A stretch of DNA of 64,000 nucleotides from Lama guanicoe (Eukaryota). Position numbers and translations under genes: made by a program. Below are positions 13,947-25,090 of the stretch, piece by piece (positions within the stretch are counted from its first letter, which is position 1; each line of letters starts with the position of its first letter). Below the pieces are notes generated by a model. That model did not search any database. It had not been told where the DNA came from and worked only from the letters and a program-made list of their open reading frames with translations. Location of the stretch: assembly GCA_013239625.1 (NCBI GenBank), contig MU053881.1:6843957-6907956 (forward strand), read 5' to 3'.

Positions 13947-14440
13947 ATGTATGTGTGTAGGTGTCTGTGTGCATGTATATATGTAAGTATGTATGTGTAT
14001 ACATACACGTGCGCATGCATCTCTGTATGTGTATATCTGCATTTGTGTTTGCTTATGCGTGCGGATATGAATATATGCATACATGTGTATTGCATAGTAT
14101 ATGCACACATGCATGTAGAGGTAGACATGGATGTGGGTATATATACATGGATGTGCACTGTGTACATGTGCATGCATATGAATGCATGTGTGTAAGTATA
14201 TGCACGTATGCATGTGCATGTGTATTATGTATGCACACATATGTGTCTGCATGTACATATGGGTATATTATGTATATATATATGCCTATATGTGTAGATG
14301 TGTGTGCATACCTGTGGGCCCATGTGAGTTTGTATGTGTGTGCACATATGTATGTGTGTGCACATATGTATGTGTGTGCATATCCACGCATATATGGATA
14401 TGTATTTGCATACGCATGTGGCTTGTGCTTTGGCACATGG
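13947..14440. repeat. ~490-bp degenerate alternating purine/pyrimidine (TG/TA/CA) simple repeat
   Basis: atgtatgtgtgt...gtgtgtgcacatatgtatgtgtgtgcacatatgt...; produces the low-complexity M/C/V/Y/H/T ORFs on both strands. Confidence 0.95.
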
Positions 14441-14650
14441 TAGATGCCCCATAAATGAAAATGCCTTCCTCTATCCCTGCCCTTCTATTCCATCCGTGCA
14501 GCAGTGAGCAACAGGATGGAAGCGCATACAGAGTATTTGCAAAGCTCCCCCATCGCGCGTCATACAGCAATCTCAGGCTTTTTAACTCCTGGTTCCCTAT
14601 CTCCACTGTCACCAGCAACATTAACAGTTCCCCGTCTAGATCACTTACAA

Positions 14651-15192
14651 TGTGTTCCGCTTACTATGGCTGCAAAACAGATTTCCCCCACAACATAAGG
14701 GAATAAAACAACCGTTTAATTTGCTTGGGGATTTTGTGGCTGAGGAAGTGCATAGAGAGTGACGAAGGTGGCTGATGTCTGAGGCCTCAGTGGGGGGATT
14801 TGAAGGCTGGATCATCTGCAGGGTCCTTCACTCACATGTCTGGTGGGAGGTGCTGGTTGCTGGCTGAGAACTGAGCTGGGGCTGTCAGTTGGAACGCCTC
14901 CATGTGGCCTCCTGGCTTCTTCACAACATGGTGGCAGGCTCCAAGGACAGTGTCCTGAGAGAGAGCGCGCCCAGTGGGAGCTGTCTCACTGCTCACGACT
15001 TAGCCGTGGGAATCACAGTGCCACTCCCACTGTGCTCCATCGGCAAGGCGGCTTCTCCCAGGTTGAAGGGGAGAAGACACAGATACCCTCTCCAGATGGA
15101 GAAGCATTGGCGTCACATTGAAAGAAGAGCACGGAGGACGGGATGCGTATTGGTGTGGCCGTCTTGTCTTAAGAAAAACGCCACCTGTCACA
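14651..15192 (-). mobile_element. MaLR LTR, MLT1G-like
   Basis: tgtgttcc..ttactatggctgc...ttcactcacatgtctggtgg...gtcacattgaaagaagagca...ctgtcaca; TG...CA ends. Confidence 0.75.
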
Positions 15193-16445
15193 CCGTGTTA
15201 GGTAGCTTAGCTGATCTCCTGCTCCTCAAAAAACACGGAGGGGCAAAATATAAGTATCCCCATTCTAGAGATGGACAAACTGAGGCTCAGAGAGGCAAAG
15301 TAACTTGCCTCGTGCAATTTATTTAATGTCTCTGAACCAACAATAAAGCACCAGTCTTTACTGTAGCATCATTCTTTCCTTGGCCTCCCCCTGCCATCGT
15401 CTGTCCCACGCAATCCCGCAGCCAGCCGGGACCAGGGCTTCCACCCACACGCCCGCAACAGCAAGGCATGTCAGAGCGTTTTGGCAGGGGTTTGCTTTGG
15501 TGCAGCAGAAGGAGCTCGCCCCCTTCGCTGCCCGTTCCCATCTTCCAAGAGGAAAAGTACCTTGGGGAGAATGCTAGCACTTGTGTATAAATTCCAAATG
15601 TGTAACCTTTAATACCTCGCTGAGTCAAGTAGGAGCACATAGCCTTTAGCCGTACTTTGAAAAGGCCGAATGTTGCGCTGTGCACCTCTCCCCCAAGGGA
15701 GCAGGAGGAAGGACCAGCATCAGTTCACGGGCTCCAGCAGGACTCATTCAGGCCAAGGACCATCTTGGAAAATCACTCTTTTAGGGATTCATTCTGGGCC
15801 CTGTGTCCCTCATTGTCAATGCAGCACCCGCAAGGTCAGAGGCTGCAAGAGGCCCCCTCTGCTGTGATGCCCATGAAACAGACGATTTACTTTCCCGTAA
15901 TAGGATTCAATTAGGAGAGGCTGGGGAGTGGGGAGGGAACGAACTGCTGGAGAGCGTGGCAAGGCTCTCCTTTCCTGCCCGCTGGGCTGGCTGCCTCATA
16001 GCAGCCGAGGCGGGCGGGAGGGAGAGGGTAGAACCCGTTCAGCAGACGCAGCTGGGCCGTGCCCGCCTCCGCAGGAGCCAGGGGCACTCAGGTGACCTCC
16101 AGAACCTCAGGTGGCAGGTGACTAGAGTCTAACAGGGGTGAGCTTTGTACGTCTTAGACTAGGCTCAGTAGAGACAGCCCAGCTTTGCATTCTGGAAAGG
16201 CCAGCTTTGAATCTGGCTCCCATCCTTGCTGGGTAGCCGTGGACCAGTCACTTAAAGCCTCTGAGCCTCAGATTCGGTTTCTTCAACTGACCATGGAGTA
16301 GAGTGAGGGGTAGACACATGCTAACCACGGGCATCAAGCCTGAAACTTAGGACAGGCCCAGTACATGTTTGTTTTTGTCGCTGCATTTTAATCCTTACAA
16401 CAACTACTTCAGGGATGAGGAAGCAGAGAAAAATCTAGAAGCATG

Positions 16446-16545
16446 CTTCTGCTTTTGTTTTATTTTAATGGAGGTGCTGGGGATTGAACCCAGGACCTTG
16501 TGCATGCTAAGCACGCACTCTACCACTGAGCTATGCCCTCCCCCC
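16446..16545 (-). mobile_element. tRNA-Ala-derived SINE (camelid vic-1-like) with target-site duplication
   Basis: Reverse complement is GGGGGGAGGGCATAGCTCAGTGGTAGAGTGCGTGCTTAGCATGCACAAGGTCCTGGGTTCAATCCCCAGCACCTCC plus an A-rich tail: A box, B box and AGC anticodon loop. TSD TAGAAGCATG at 16436-16445 and 16547-16556. Confidence 0.85.
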
Positions 16546-17009
16546 TTAGAAGCATGTCTTTGCCTGCAAATGCCGCTGCTCACTTGTCTGCCATGTTGAT
16601 AGGAACCAATCTCTGCCCATGAGCCCAGACTGTACAGTCTGACAGTCTCTGGGAGGCCACCAGGCTGGCTGGAAGCAGGCACGGAGCTCTCACGGCTCCC
16701 AGCTTCTGCTTGGCTGGTCTTTAAAAAGTGGGTTTCTCTTCTTCTGCCCTGGAGCTCCACCATCTTCAACTCTCATTACTATCCTGAACAGAGTAAGTTT
16801 TTAAATGCCCAGTAGCACAGATGGGGAAATTGAGGCTCAGAGAGGTGCCATGACCTGCCCAGGGTCACACAGCATGCAAGTGCCAAAGGCAGTGCTGTTG
16901 GCTGCTCCAGTGGGGAAATGCCAGCCTCCCCCAGCGGCTGATAAACCCAACCCCTCAGAGCTTCAACTCCTCCTCCCTGCCCCATGGCAACAAAAGGAAA
17001 CTCATTTCC

Positions 17010-17351
17010 CATTCCTGGTTTCTCTGCCAGCCCAGAGAGACTGATTGAAGAAGGAATGCCTCCAAATGTACCGGGATGGTCTTTCCCGGCTTCTCAGTTT
17101 TGCTGCCTGTTGTTTGAAGTCTGTTTCCCACGAGACTCTGGGAATTGCAGGTGCAGGGGCCTGGGTGACAGCTGCTGTCCTGTCCTCTGGGCTGGGTACC
17201 TGCTCTCCCGAGTTTGTGTCCTGGGGCTGCGTGCTCAGACTTGACCATGTTTGGGCATGGAGGCTCGCCTCAGAAGGGAACCAAAGGCCGCTTCCCTAGA
17301 GACAGGCTGAGAGCCCAAACTTCCTGCTGGCGCTCAGGCGGCCTCTTTTGG
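17010..17351 (+). promoter_or_regulatory. Putative KCNMB1 smooth-muscle promoter: 2 MCAT (TEAD) and 2 CArG-like (SRF) motifs
   Basis: CATTCCT 17010-17016, AGGAATG 17052-17058, CCATGTTTGG 17245-17254, CCTCTTTTGG 17342-17351 (each CArG has one mismatch). Confidence 0.5.
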
Positions 17352-17425
17352 GGTGGGGGCTGGGGGCCAGGCGGAAAAGTGTCTCCCTGCTGAAGACTCA
17401 AGACTCGCAGGGCACCGGGGAGACT
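17318..17425 (+). other. KCNMB1: Probable KCNMB1 non-coding exon 1 (5' UTR); 5' end approximate
   Basis: GC-rich unique sequence ending in a good donor GACT|gtgagt (17425/6), about 3.4 kb upstream of exon 2 and flanked by CArG-like and MCAT motifs. An alternative donor ACAGA|gtaagt at 16792/3 cannot be excluded. Confidence 0.5.
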
Positions 17426-20080
17426 GTGAGTACTGCGTCAAGGAGCCCCGGGGAAGCGGTTTCTCCGAAGACTGGGGTTGGAGGGGGATCTTCAGGGAGG
17501 GAGGCTGGCAGCGGGAGCCCCCTTCCCCAAGGGGCTGTCCGTCCGGACTCTGGGCTCCAGTGGAGCTGAAGTCGGTGTCCCTCGGGACCAGCACTGCTAG
17601 CTGCTTGGTGGGTGCCCTGCTGGGGACCAGGGGTGCACGTCGGGGCTCCATGGCTCCGTCAGTGTGGTAACACAGTGCCCTGGCCCTCAGGTCTCAGCTC
17701 CCAGAGCAACCAGGGGTCAACAGCCTGGAGATGAGGGTCAGTCCTGACACTTGTCCTCAAGGGGGAAAAAAAAAAAAAAAAGGCCCAGTAGGAGCACTGG
17801 GGACTTCCGCTCCAAACCTTTGGGCTTCTCCTTGTTAACAGTAAATATTTATTGAGGGCTTGCATTGGGCCAGGGGCTGAGATAAATACGTGATATTTGA
17901 TACATCGTTTGATTTTTACCAGAATCCTTGGAAGGCCCTTGCTTTATAGTCACACGGTTGCTAAGTGGCAAAGCCAGGATTTGATCCCATGTCTGGTGAC
18001 TTCAGAATCTCCCCCGCCCCAGCCCCACACTCCTCCAGACCCTTAAACACTGTCCTCTACGCCCTGTCCTTCTAAGGAAAAGAATGTCAGCCCAAATACC
18101 AAGTCACCAGGACCCTCCAAATCCTGCCTAAATCCGCCCCGGGCCTCCGGTGACTTTTCTAAATGGGAAGATAAGTCCAAAAGGTCCAGAGACATTTCGC
18201 CGTTCTCCACACTGAGAAGTGCTTCTTGGAGTCTAACTGAAATCCTTCCTTTTACAGCCGCAACCCGTTTCTTCCTGCCAGGCCTCAGGGGCTAGCAGCT
18301 GTTCCGCCCTTCCTCCTGTCAAGGCTCTCACTTGGATGCTGAATCCTATCTCTGCATCCGTATCTGTATCCTCACCCCATTCTTTTATCCCACGTGGTCT
18401 TAGAAGGATTTCTCAAAACTCTTCAAGCCCACTCGCTCGGTGTGGGCAAGTCTCACCAGAGCATGGCAGACGGGGCATTTGAACTAGCGGCAGGTTCCAG
18501 ACTTCTCTGTGAAAGGGGACCCTCCTGTCTCCTTTCCTCCTGGGTTCCCAGACCTGGTGGTACACAGGACCCTGCCCTCCCCAGCCTCAGGGGTGCCCTG
18601 GGTGGGGGGTGCTGTGCGGCAGACAGGCCAGTGCCTCTGGGAGGTGGAGCTGCTCAGCCTGGAAGGCCGGGGGCCCGCCCAGGGCAGGCCCCACCAGGAT
18701 GCCCCAAGCTCCCAGGAAAGAGCTGGTTTTGTCATGAGCACTCAGCCTCAGTCCTCCCTCCAGGGTAGGGTTCCCTGCGCGCCCAGAGCCTTGTGTTCCA
18801 CAGTCCCGGGGCTGGGACCGGGCGCCAGGGACCCTAGGCAGTGTGGCAGGTGGCTGTGTCCCTTTACCTGTGCAAACATGGACGGGCTTGTTGAAGTGAC
18901 CCCAGGTAAACCATGATGGAGGCCGTCCCATTCCCACAAGACAGAAGGACAGACGTAATAAGATGGAAAGGATCTTTCTCTGTCAAGGGAACATTTTTCC
19001 CCTTGTGACTCTGTAATGTCTCAGTCAGAATGTAGGGAAACCCATTTCTCAGTGTCCCAAATGTGGGAGGAAAAGCCATCGTTGGGTGCCATCCCCCTCG
19101 GTCATCTTGGAGGAAGTGGCAGGGCTGTAAACTTGGTAACTGACCCCTGGGGTCTTTTCTTTAGGACAGCAGGGGTGGGGGTGAGGTGGCAACTGGGGTC
19201 GGGGGAAGGGGTCAAGGATCTCTGATTGGAACAGTCAGTAGTTACACGGGAAGAGAAGCCTGAGTAGAAAAATAAAGCACTTTGCTGAAACCCCTGTGGA
19301 CTAATGCTTGTCTCCTGGTTACTCACCAATCTATAAAAATAACATTTATTACTTTAGGGACCTGGCAGGGAAAATAAAAGTCCTTTCTGTTATCTGGCTA
19401 AAATTTCCCTTAAAACAGGGATTACAGAGAAAGGCCCCAGGGCCCTGGTGTCTTTGGTAGAAGCGGACTACTGCTACCTTAAACACCAAACAGAAATCAA
19501 CAGCAAAGGAATTTACCGAAGGCTACGCGGCCACTCAGGGAGCAGAGGGAAATCCACTCCCAGGCAGAAGCCAGGCAGCCCTGACTCCAGGCAGCACCCA
19601 GGTGGCCAGAGTGACACTCCTGGAGGGTGTTTAGTTTGCCCAGCAGGGGAAGGAGGGACTCTGCTTGCACTGGGGGAGGCGGATTCCCCAGAAGAAAAAT
19701 GAGGGGCTTCCCGACAAAGAAGGGGGAAGGGAGGAAGATGCCAGCTGCGTCCCTGCATTCTGCTCCAGTCCCCATATAAGAGAGCAGTTGCCCTCTGCCC
19801 TCGCTTGAAGGTGGGGGTTGGGGTGGGTGGGGATGGTGTTGAGGGCTTACAGGATGCTGGCTGTGGAAACGCCTCCTTCCACCCTGTTGTTTGTGGCTGC
19901 CCTCTGGGGGCCCTGCTGCCCTTTCTCTGCAGGCTGTGTCCCCCACCCCTGCCCAGCAGCCCTGCCGTGGGCCTGTCTTGGCAGACCTGTGAAACGCTCC
20001 AAGATTTCCTGAGACGGGTGTCCTCGGAGAAAGTGCACGCATGATCCACCTCTGCTCCTTCCTGTGTTTGCTTAGCTCCC

Positions 20081-20536
20081 TTGTTAGTTTCCCATCGCTG
20101 CTGTAACAAATGACCATACACTTGGTGTCCCCAAATGACAGAAATCTCCTGGCACACAGTTCTGGAAGCCAGGGGCTCAAAACCAGCAGGGTGTTGGCAA
20201 GGCTAAAATCAAGGTGTCGGCAGGGCTGTGCCCGCTCCAGAGGCTTAGGGGACAATCCACAGTTCCCCGCCTCTCCTGGTTTCTGGCGGCTGCCCGCATG
20301 CCCTGGCGCACGGCTACATCACTCCAGTCTCCACTTTCCTGGTCATACCACCCTCTCCTTTTTATGTCTAATCTCCTTCCACCTCCTTCTTATAAGGATC
20401 CTTGTGGTCTACGTGGATAATCCAGGAAGATCTCCCCATCTCAAGATCCTTAAAGTCTTTGCCATGTAAAGTAGCAGTCACAGATTCTGGGGCTGAGAAC
20501 ATGGGCGTCTCGGGGGCCCTTACTGAACCTGTCACA
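20081..20536 (-). mobile_element. MaLR LTR, MLT1D-like, in KCNMB1 intron 1
   Basis: ttagtttcccatcgctgctgtaacaaatgacca...cagttctggaagccag...ataatccaggaagatctccccatctcaagatccttaa. Confidence 0.8.
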
Positions 20537-20821
20537 CACTGTGTGACCTTGGGCAAGTCGCTTTACCTCTCTGAGCCACAGGTCCTTCATCTGTAGAACA
20601 GGGATGATAATACTTGCCTCTCAGAGCTGGTGGGAGGTTTACATGGGGTCAGAAAAGCCCTCTGAGGTTGCAAAGCTCCAGATAAAAACAGAGGTGATGT
20701 TGATATCTGAGCATCCTCTCCTGTCACCTGTCGTCCCTTCTGTGAATTTACCTGTCACCTGTGCTGATCTCCCGTCTGTCTGCCTCTGTGGTCCTAGAAA
20801 TGAACACTGTTCCCAGTGGAC

Positions 20822-20955
20822 ATGGGGAAGAAGCTGGTGATGGCCCAGAAGCGGGGAGAGACCCGAGCCCTCTGCCTGGGCGTGGCCATGGTGGCGTGCG
20901 CCGTCATCACCTACTACATCCTCGGCACGACTGTGCTGCCCCTCTACCAGAAAAG
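20822..20955 (+). CDS. KCNMB1: KCNMB1 first coding exon (exon 2; exon starts 20798), aa 1-44 incl. TM1
   Basis: gacATGG at 20822 translates MGKKLVMAQKRGETRALCLGVAMVACAVITYYILGTTVLPLYQK, the BK beta-1 N-terminus/TM1. Acceptor cctag ends at 20797; donor AAAAG|gtacc at 20955/6. 134 coding nt, phase 2. Confidence 0.97.
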
Positions 20956-22399
20956 GTACCAGACTCGCTGATCTGCTCCCATCCTCCAGTCTCTCCCCTA
21001 AAAGCCCGGTCTGCAAGGAGCCCTCCCCTTGACTTTTATACCAGACAGGAAGGTCTGGACTATTCTTATTCTTAGGGTCAAGGGTTCAAGTGCAGGGAGG
21101 GTGGGCCAGACTGGACCCTGCACATCTGGGATTCTGAAACTTGGGGGACACAGATGCAGGAGGCCCTTCTCACAAGAAACAGCAAAGGAGCAGAGCAAAT
21201 GCCCCAGTGCGAGTCTGATCCCAGGAGGAATCCGAGTCACAGAATTTTGTAGCTCGTCTGCAGTTTGACTCTCTTTCACAAACCTCCGAGTTGGGTGGGC
21301 ATCTGTCCTCCTGTTGAACATCTCAAGTGATGGGGAGCTCACTACCTAAACTATACACATCACTTTATTTGAGGGCTTTCCTGATAAGAAGGAAGTGTCT
21401 ACACTGAGCCAAAATCTATCCCTCTGGAGCCCTGCTCTAGAATCTCAGAGCCTGTTCCATGCCCTTGCTCCCTGGCATGTCAGCCACTCGAGCTTTTAAA
21501 GGAAAAAGCTGTGAAGTTCCTGATCCGTGCTCTAATGGGAACAAACACGCTCAGTTCTGTCAGCCTGATTTTAGGATTAAGTCTCAGGCCTTTGCCTCTG
21601 GGCACGTTCCAGCTGCTGACAGCCCCCTCTGCCTGGCAATGTGTCCCCTGCCTAGTAAATGGGAGGTGAGTCACAGTTGATTCACGGATGTGCTGATGGG
21701 CCTGCTAAGCCTCTCCTGGGCCTGCTCCTGCCTCGCTTTCTACAGCGTTGGAGCGATTCCAGGCTGGAATCTTACCGAGCGAGGCCTGGCTCAGAGCAGC
21801 CGTGTGCCTCCAACACCTTATCTCCACCATCTCACCCTCTTCCACTGCCCCCCGGCACAAATCAATCCCCTCCTCCATCCACTCTATTTAGGGAAAAGGG
21901 AACAGATTCTGAAGCCGTCCAGACCCGGCTTCAGGTCCTGTGTGGCCTCGGGAAAGTCACTTGACCTTTCTGAGCTTCTCTTTGACCCTCTCTCTGCAAG
22001 ATGAAGATGATGTGAAGAAGGGGTCTGCGGTTTGGCTGCCCGTCAGACACACGGCAGGGTGGTTTCCACCTTAGAAACCACCGCCTTAGAAATTCTGATT
22101 CACTTGTTCTGGGGAATGGTTTGAACATGAGAATCTTTAAAAGCTCCCCAGGGTCTTGGGTGAGCAGCCAGGATGGAAGTCATTTATATAGATGTTTGTC
22201 CAAGAGGCCAAAAAGCATGGATATTCTGATTCTACGATTCCTTCCCTGGGCCTTGGGACTCTCCTGTCACAGTCCTTTAGTGCTGGGTGCTTATGGCAAG
22301 ATGAGGGTCTCTGCCCTGGGTCTCTCTAAAGGGGTTCAAACTGGGAGCTCTGCGCACCCCAGGTTCTGAGATGTATACTCGTGTGCATGGTCTTCCCAG

Positions 22400-22571
22400 T
22401 GTGTGGACCCAGGAATCCATGTGCCACCTGATTGAGACCAACATCCGGGACCAGGAGGAGCTGGAGGGCAAGAGGGTGCCCCAGTACCCATGCCTGTGGG
22501 TCAACGTGTCATCCATGGGCCGGTGGGCTGTGCTGTACCACACGGAGGACACGCGGGACCAGAACCAGCAG
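22400..22571 (+). CDS. KCNMB1: KCNMB1 exon 3, extracellular loop aa 45-102
   Basis: tcttcccag|T acceptor and CAG|gtactg donor. 172 nt encoding (S)VWTQESMCHLIETNIRDQEELEGKRVPQYPCLWVNVSSMGRWAVLYHTEDTRDQNQQ; phase matches exon 2. Confidence 0.97.
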
Positions 22572-24874
22572 GTACTGACCGAGGGGATGGGCACACATCC
22601 CCTTACCGCTGGCAGGTGTGCCAGCCTGGCCCTAACTGGAGAGCAGAGGCTGGGGAAGACAAACCCACTAGAGCGGGGGCCACAGCTGGTATGAGGTCCA
22701 GCCAGACTTAGCTTTTCTGTGTTGGAGTCCGACAGATCTGGCTTTGAATCCCTGCTCTGCCCCTCACCGGCTGCGTGATGGGGGCAGCCTCCAGCCTCCT
22801 TGGCCCTTCTAAGCGTCAGTGTCTGCATTTGCTCAAGGGCTTTTATGAAGTCAGACTGTATATAATGTGCCAAGTTCGATGCTGAGTGGATAGCAGGCAC
22901 TCAAAACCAAGCAGCTGTTAGCAGTGTTGGCAGTCTTACTTCATTCTGCAAGGGGAGTCATGGGAGACCAGCCCAGAGCTGACCCCACAGAGGGGAACCC
23001 CTGTGACTCCCACTCTAGGAAGCCAGAGGCCCGGGCTTGGTGCAACATTTGGAGGCCAATGCTGGGGAGATGTTCCCATCACTGCCTCTCCTCGCCCCCC
23101 ACCCCAAATCCACCAACACAGCCCTTCCTGTAGGAAATACAAGTTGGCCCATCTTCACTCACTCACTCATTCATTCAGCAATCCTTGAGCACTTCCTGTG
23201 TTAGGGGCTTGGGACTCAAGAGGCAAGAGGTTTTATGTGAAATCACGCCACGGAGAGGAACAAAAAAATTACGGGGCTTAAAGAAAGGAGTGACATTTCC
23301 TAGCCTCGGTGAGGTGAGGGAATCAGAAAGGCATTTGGGTTAAGAATCAGGCAGGTACTGGTTATGCAGAAATACGGAGGGGGGCACAGCTATCAAGGGT
23401 GGGAACAGAGCAAGGAGAAAGCAGGCTGGGTGGAGACAGGGATTCCAGCACCCACAGAGGCCATGACACAGGATAGGACGTAGCTGGAAAGGGCTTCAGA
23501 GGTAGACTAGGAGCCCTCCATGCTAAAAAAGTGTGCAATCAAAATGGGTCTTTTTTAGTTGTTTTTTTTTTTTTTTCTGAGAGAAGCAAGACTTTAATGA
23601 AGAATGCTGCATGTTATGGAAAGTAATTCTCATATTTTAAAAAAATTACAGAAAACACTTCACTGAAATTTTTTTTTTGCAAAAAAGACAGTCTTCAAGG
23701 ATGTCTGGGAGGAGAAGGAAAAGCTGAATTCCAGCACGCAACACTGACACAGCACAGCTAGGGAAGCAGATGAGGCAGGCATTTTACAAAGAATGGGGTG
23801 AGCTTGGGCATTTATATTCAATCCGGATTCTGTTTGAGCGTTAACAGTCCGGCATGGGGAAAGAGACTGGGAAGGAAAGATGGGGGAAGGGCTAAGCTTA
23901 TCCACAATCACCACTTTACAGCAACATACACTAGTTCAAGCACATGAGACGTAGAGGTTAATTCCACCCACGCAGCCCAGCAAACATGAAGAGCAAATGC
24001 CACGGCAGCTGGGGCTCGGGGTTGACGTACTTGGTACACAGTTTTAAAGAGTCTCTGATGCCACCAGGGCTGGTCTCTCATCAGCCTGGGCTCAGGACAC
24101 ATGAAGTTCCTTTGCATTTGCACCGAAAGGCCAGAGCTTTGCCTGGAACAAGCTCACTCCAAATAATGCTGGTTTTAACGTGAGAACCAGAGTCCCACAC
24201 CAGACCCACTGAAGTAAAACCTCTGGGCTTCTAGGTGATGCTAAGGCCCCTTGGGAATGACTGCTGTGAGCAACCGGGAGTCTTTGAAGGGTCTGGGGTC
24301 CCGGGAGAATGATCACAGTGATATGGAGCAGTGTAGGGTTCAGTTACTGGGGAGAGAGGTGGAGGGGCACAGCAAACACCCAGGACAGAGGATCCTGCAA
24401 CAGGGTTGGATGCTAGCAGCCAGGATTTGATGGCTGATGGGATGGGAAGGGGCAGGGTGCCTGGGGGGTGGGGACAGTGGGATCGTTGACAGTGCCAGGG
24501 AGGTTATGGGGAAGTGTGCCTGAGCAGAACAGGGAGGCCTGACTTGTTCTGTCATCACTAGCATGACTCAGCCACGCCAGATGGAGCTACGGCCTCCAAA
24601 CCCACCTAATCAGCTCCTACCAGGACCCCTGCCTCTATGTTGGCATTCAGGGAGCCTCTCATTTATTCCAAGAATCAAGAAGCAAATTTTCAAAGACCAG
24701 CAGAAGTGATCACAACATAAAGGGTCTAGAGTAACCCCAACCTGGCAAAGGACACAGTGGGGCCCCAGGATATGCACACATCCCCACTTCAGAGCTTGTC
24801 CACAGCCCTCTTTTTAAGAAGAGAGAAAAGGGGCTGTTGTTGTAATTTCATAGTTAAGTTACAATAGCACTATT

Positions 24875-25090
24875 ATTATTAATAGCATCTCCCATTTATT
24901 GAGCACATACTATGTACTGGGCTTTGCGCTAAGCGCTTAGCACATGCATCATCTAATTTAACTCCCATGACAATTCTACTAGGCAGGCGCCCTCACAAGC
25001 CCATTCTACAAGGCTCAGAGAGGATGTGGCACTTGCCAAGGTCACGCGACTTGGAACCAGTATTTGAACGTAGGCCTCTCTGGTTCCATC
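24875..25090 (-). mobile_element. MIR SINE in KCNMB1 intron 3
   Basis: catttattgagcacatactatgt...aggctcagagagg...cttgccaaggtcac. Confidence 0.75.

Noticed and set aside
13688..14621. Many overlapping 75-160 aa ORFs rich in C/V/Y/M/H/T
   Set aside because: Artefacts of the alternating RY simple repeat, which is poor in stop codons.
16466..16545. Possible functional tRNA-Ala(AGC) gene on the - strand
   Set aside because: The A-rich tail, flanking TSD and extended G-rich 5' end mark it as a retroposed SINE copy.
19497..20255. Longest ORFs in the track (252 aa and 214 aa, - strand)
   Set aside because: They start inside an MLT1 LTR and run through GC-rich intron, with no recognisable domain.
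22277..22900. 207-aa - strand ORF over KCNMB1 exon 3 (and the 196-aa ORF at 26792-27382 over exon 4)
   Set aside because: Antisense shadows of GC-rich coding exons extended into MIR/UTR sequence; no protein features.
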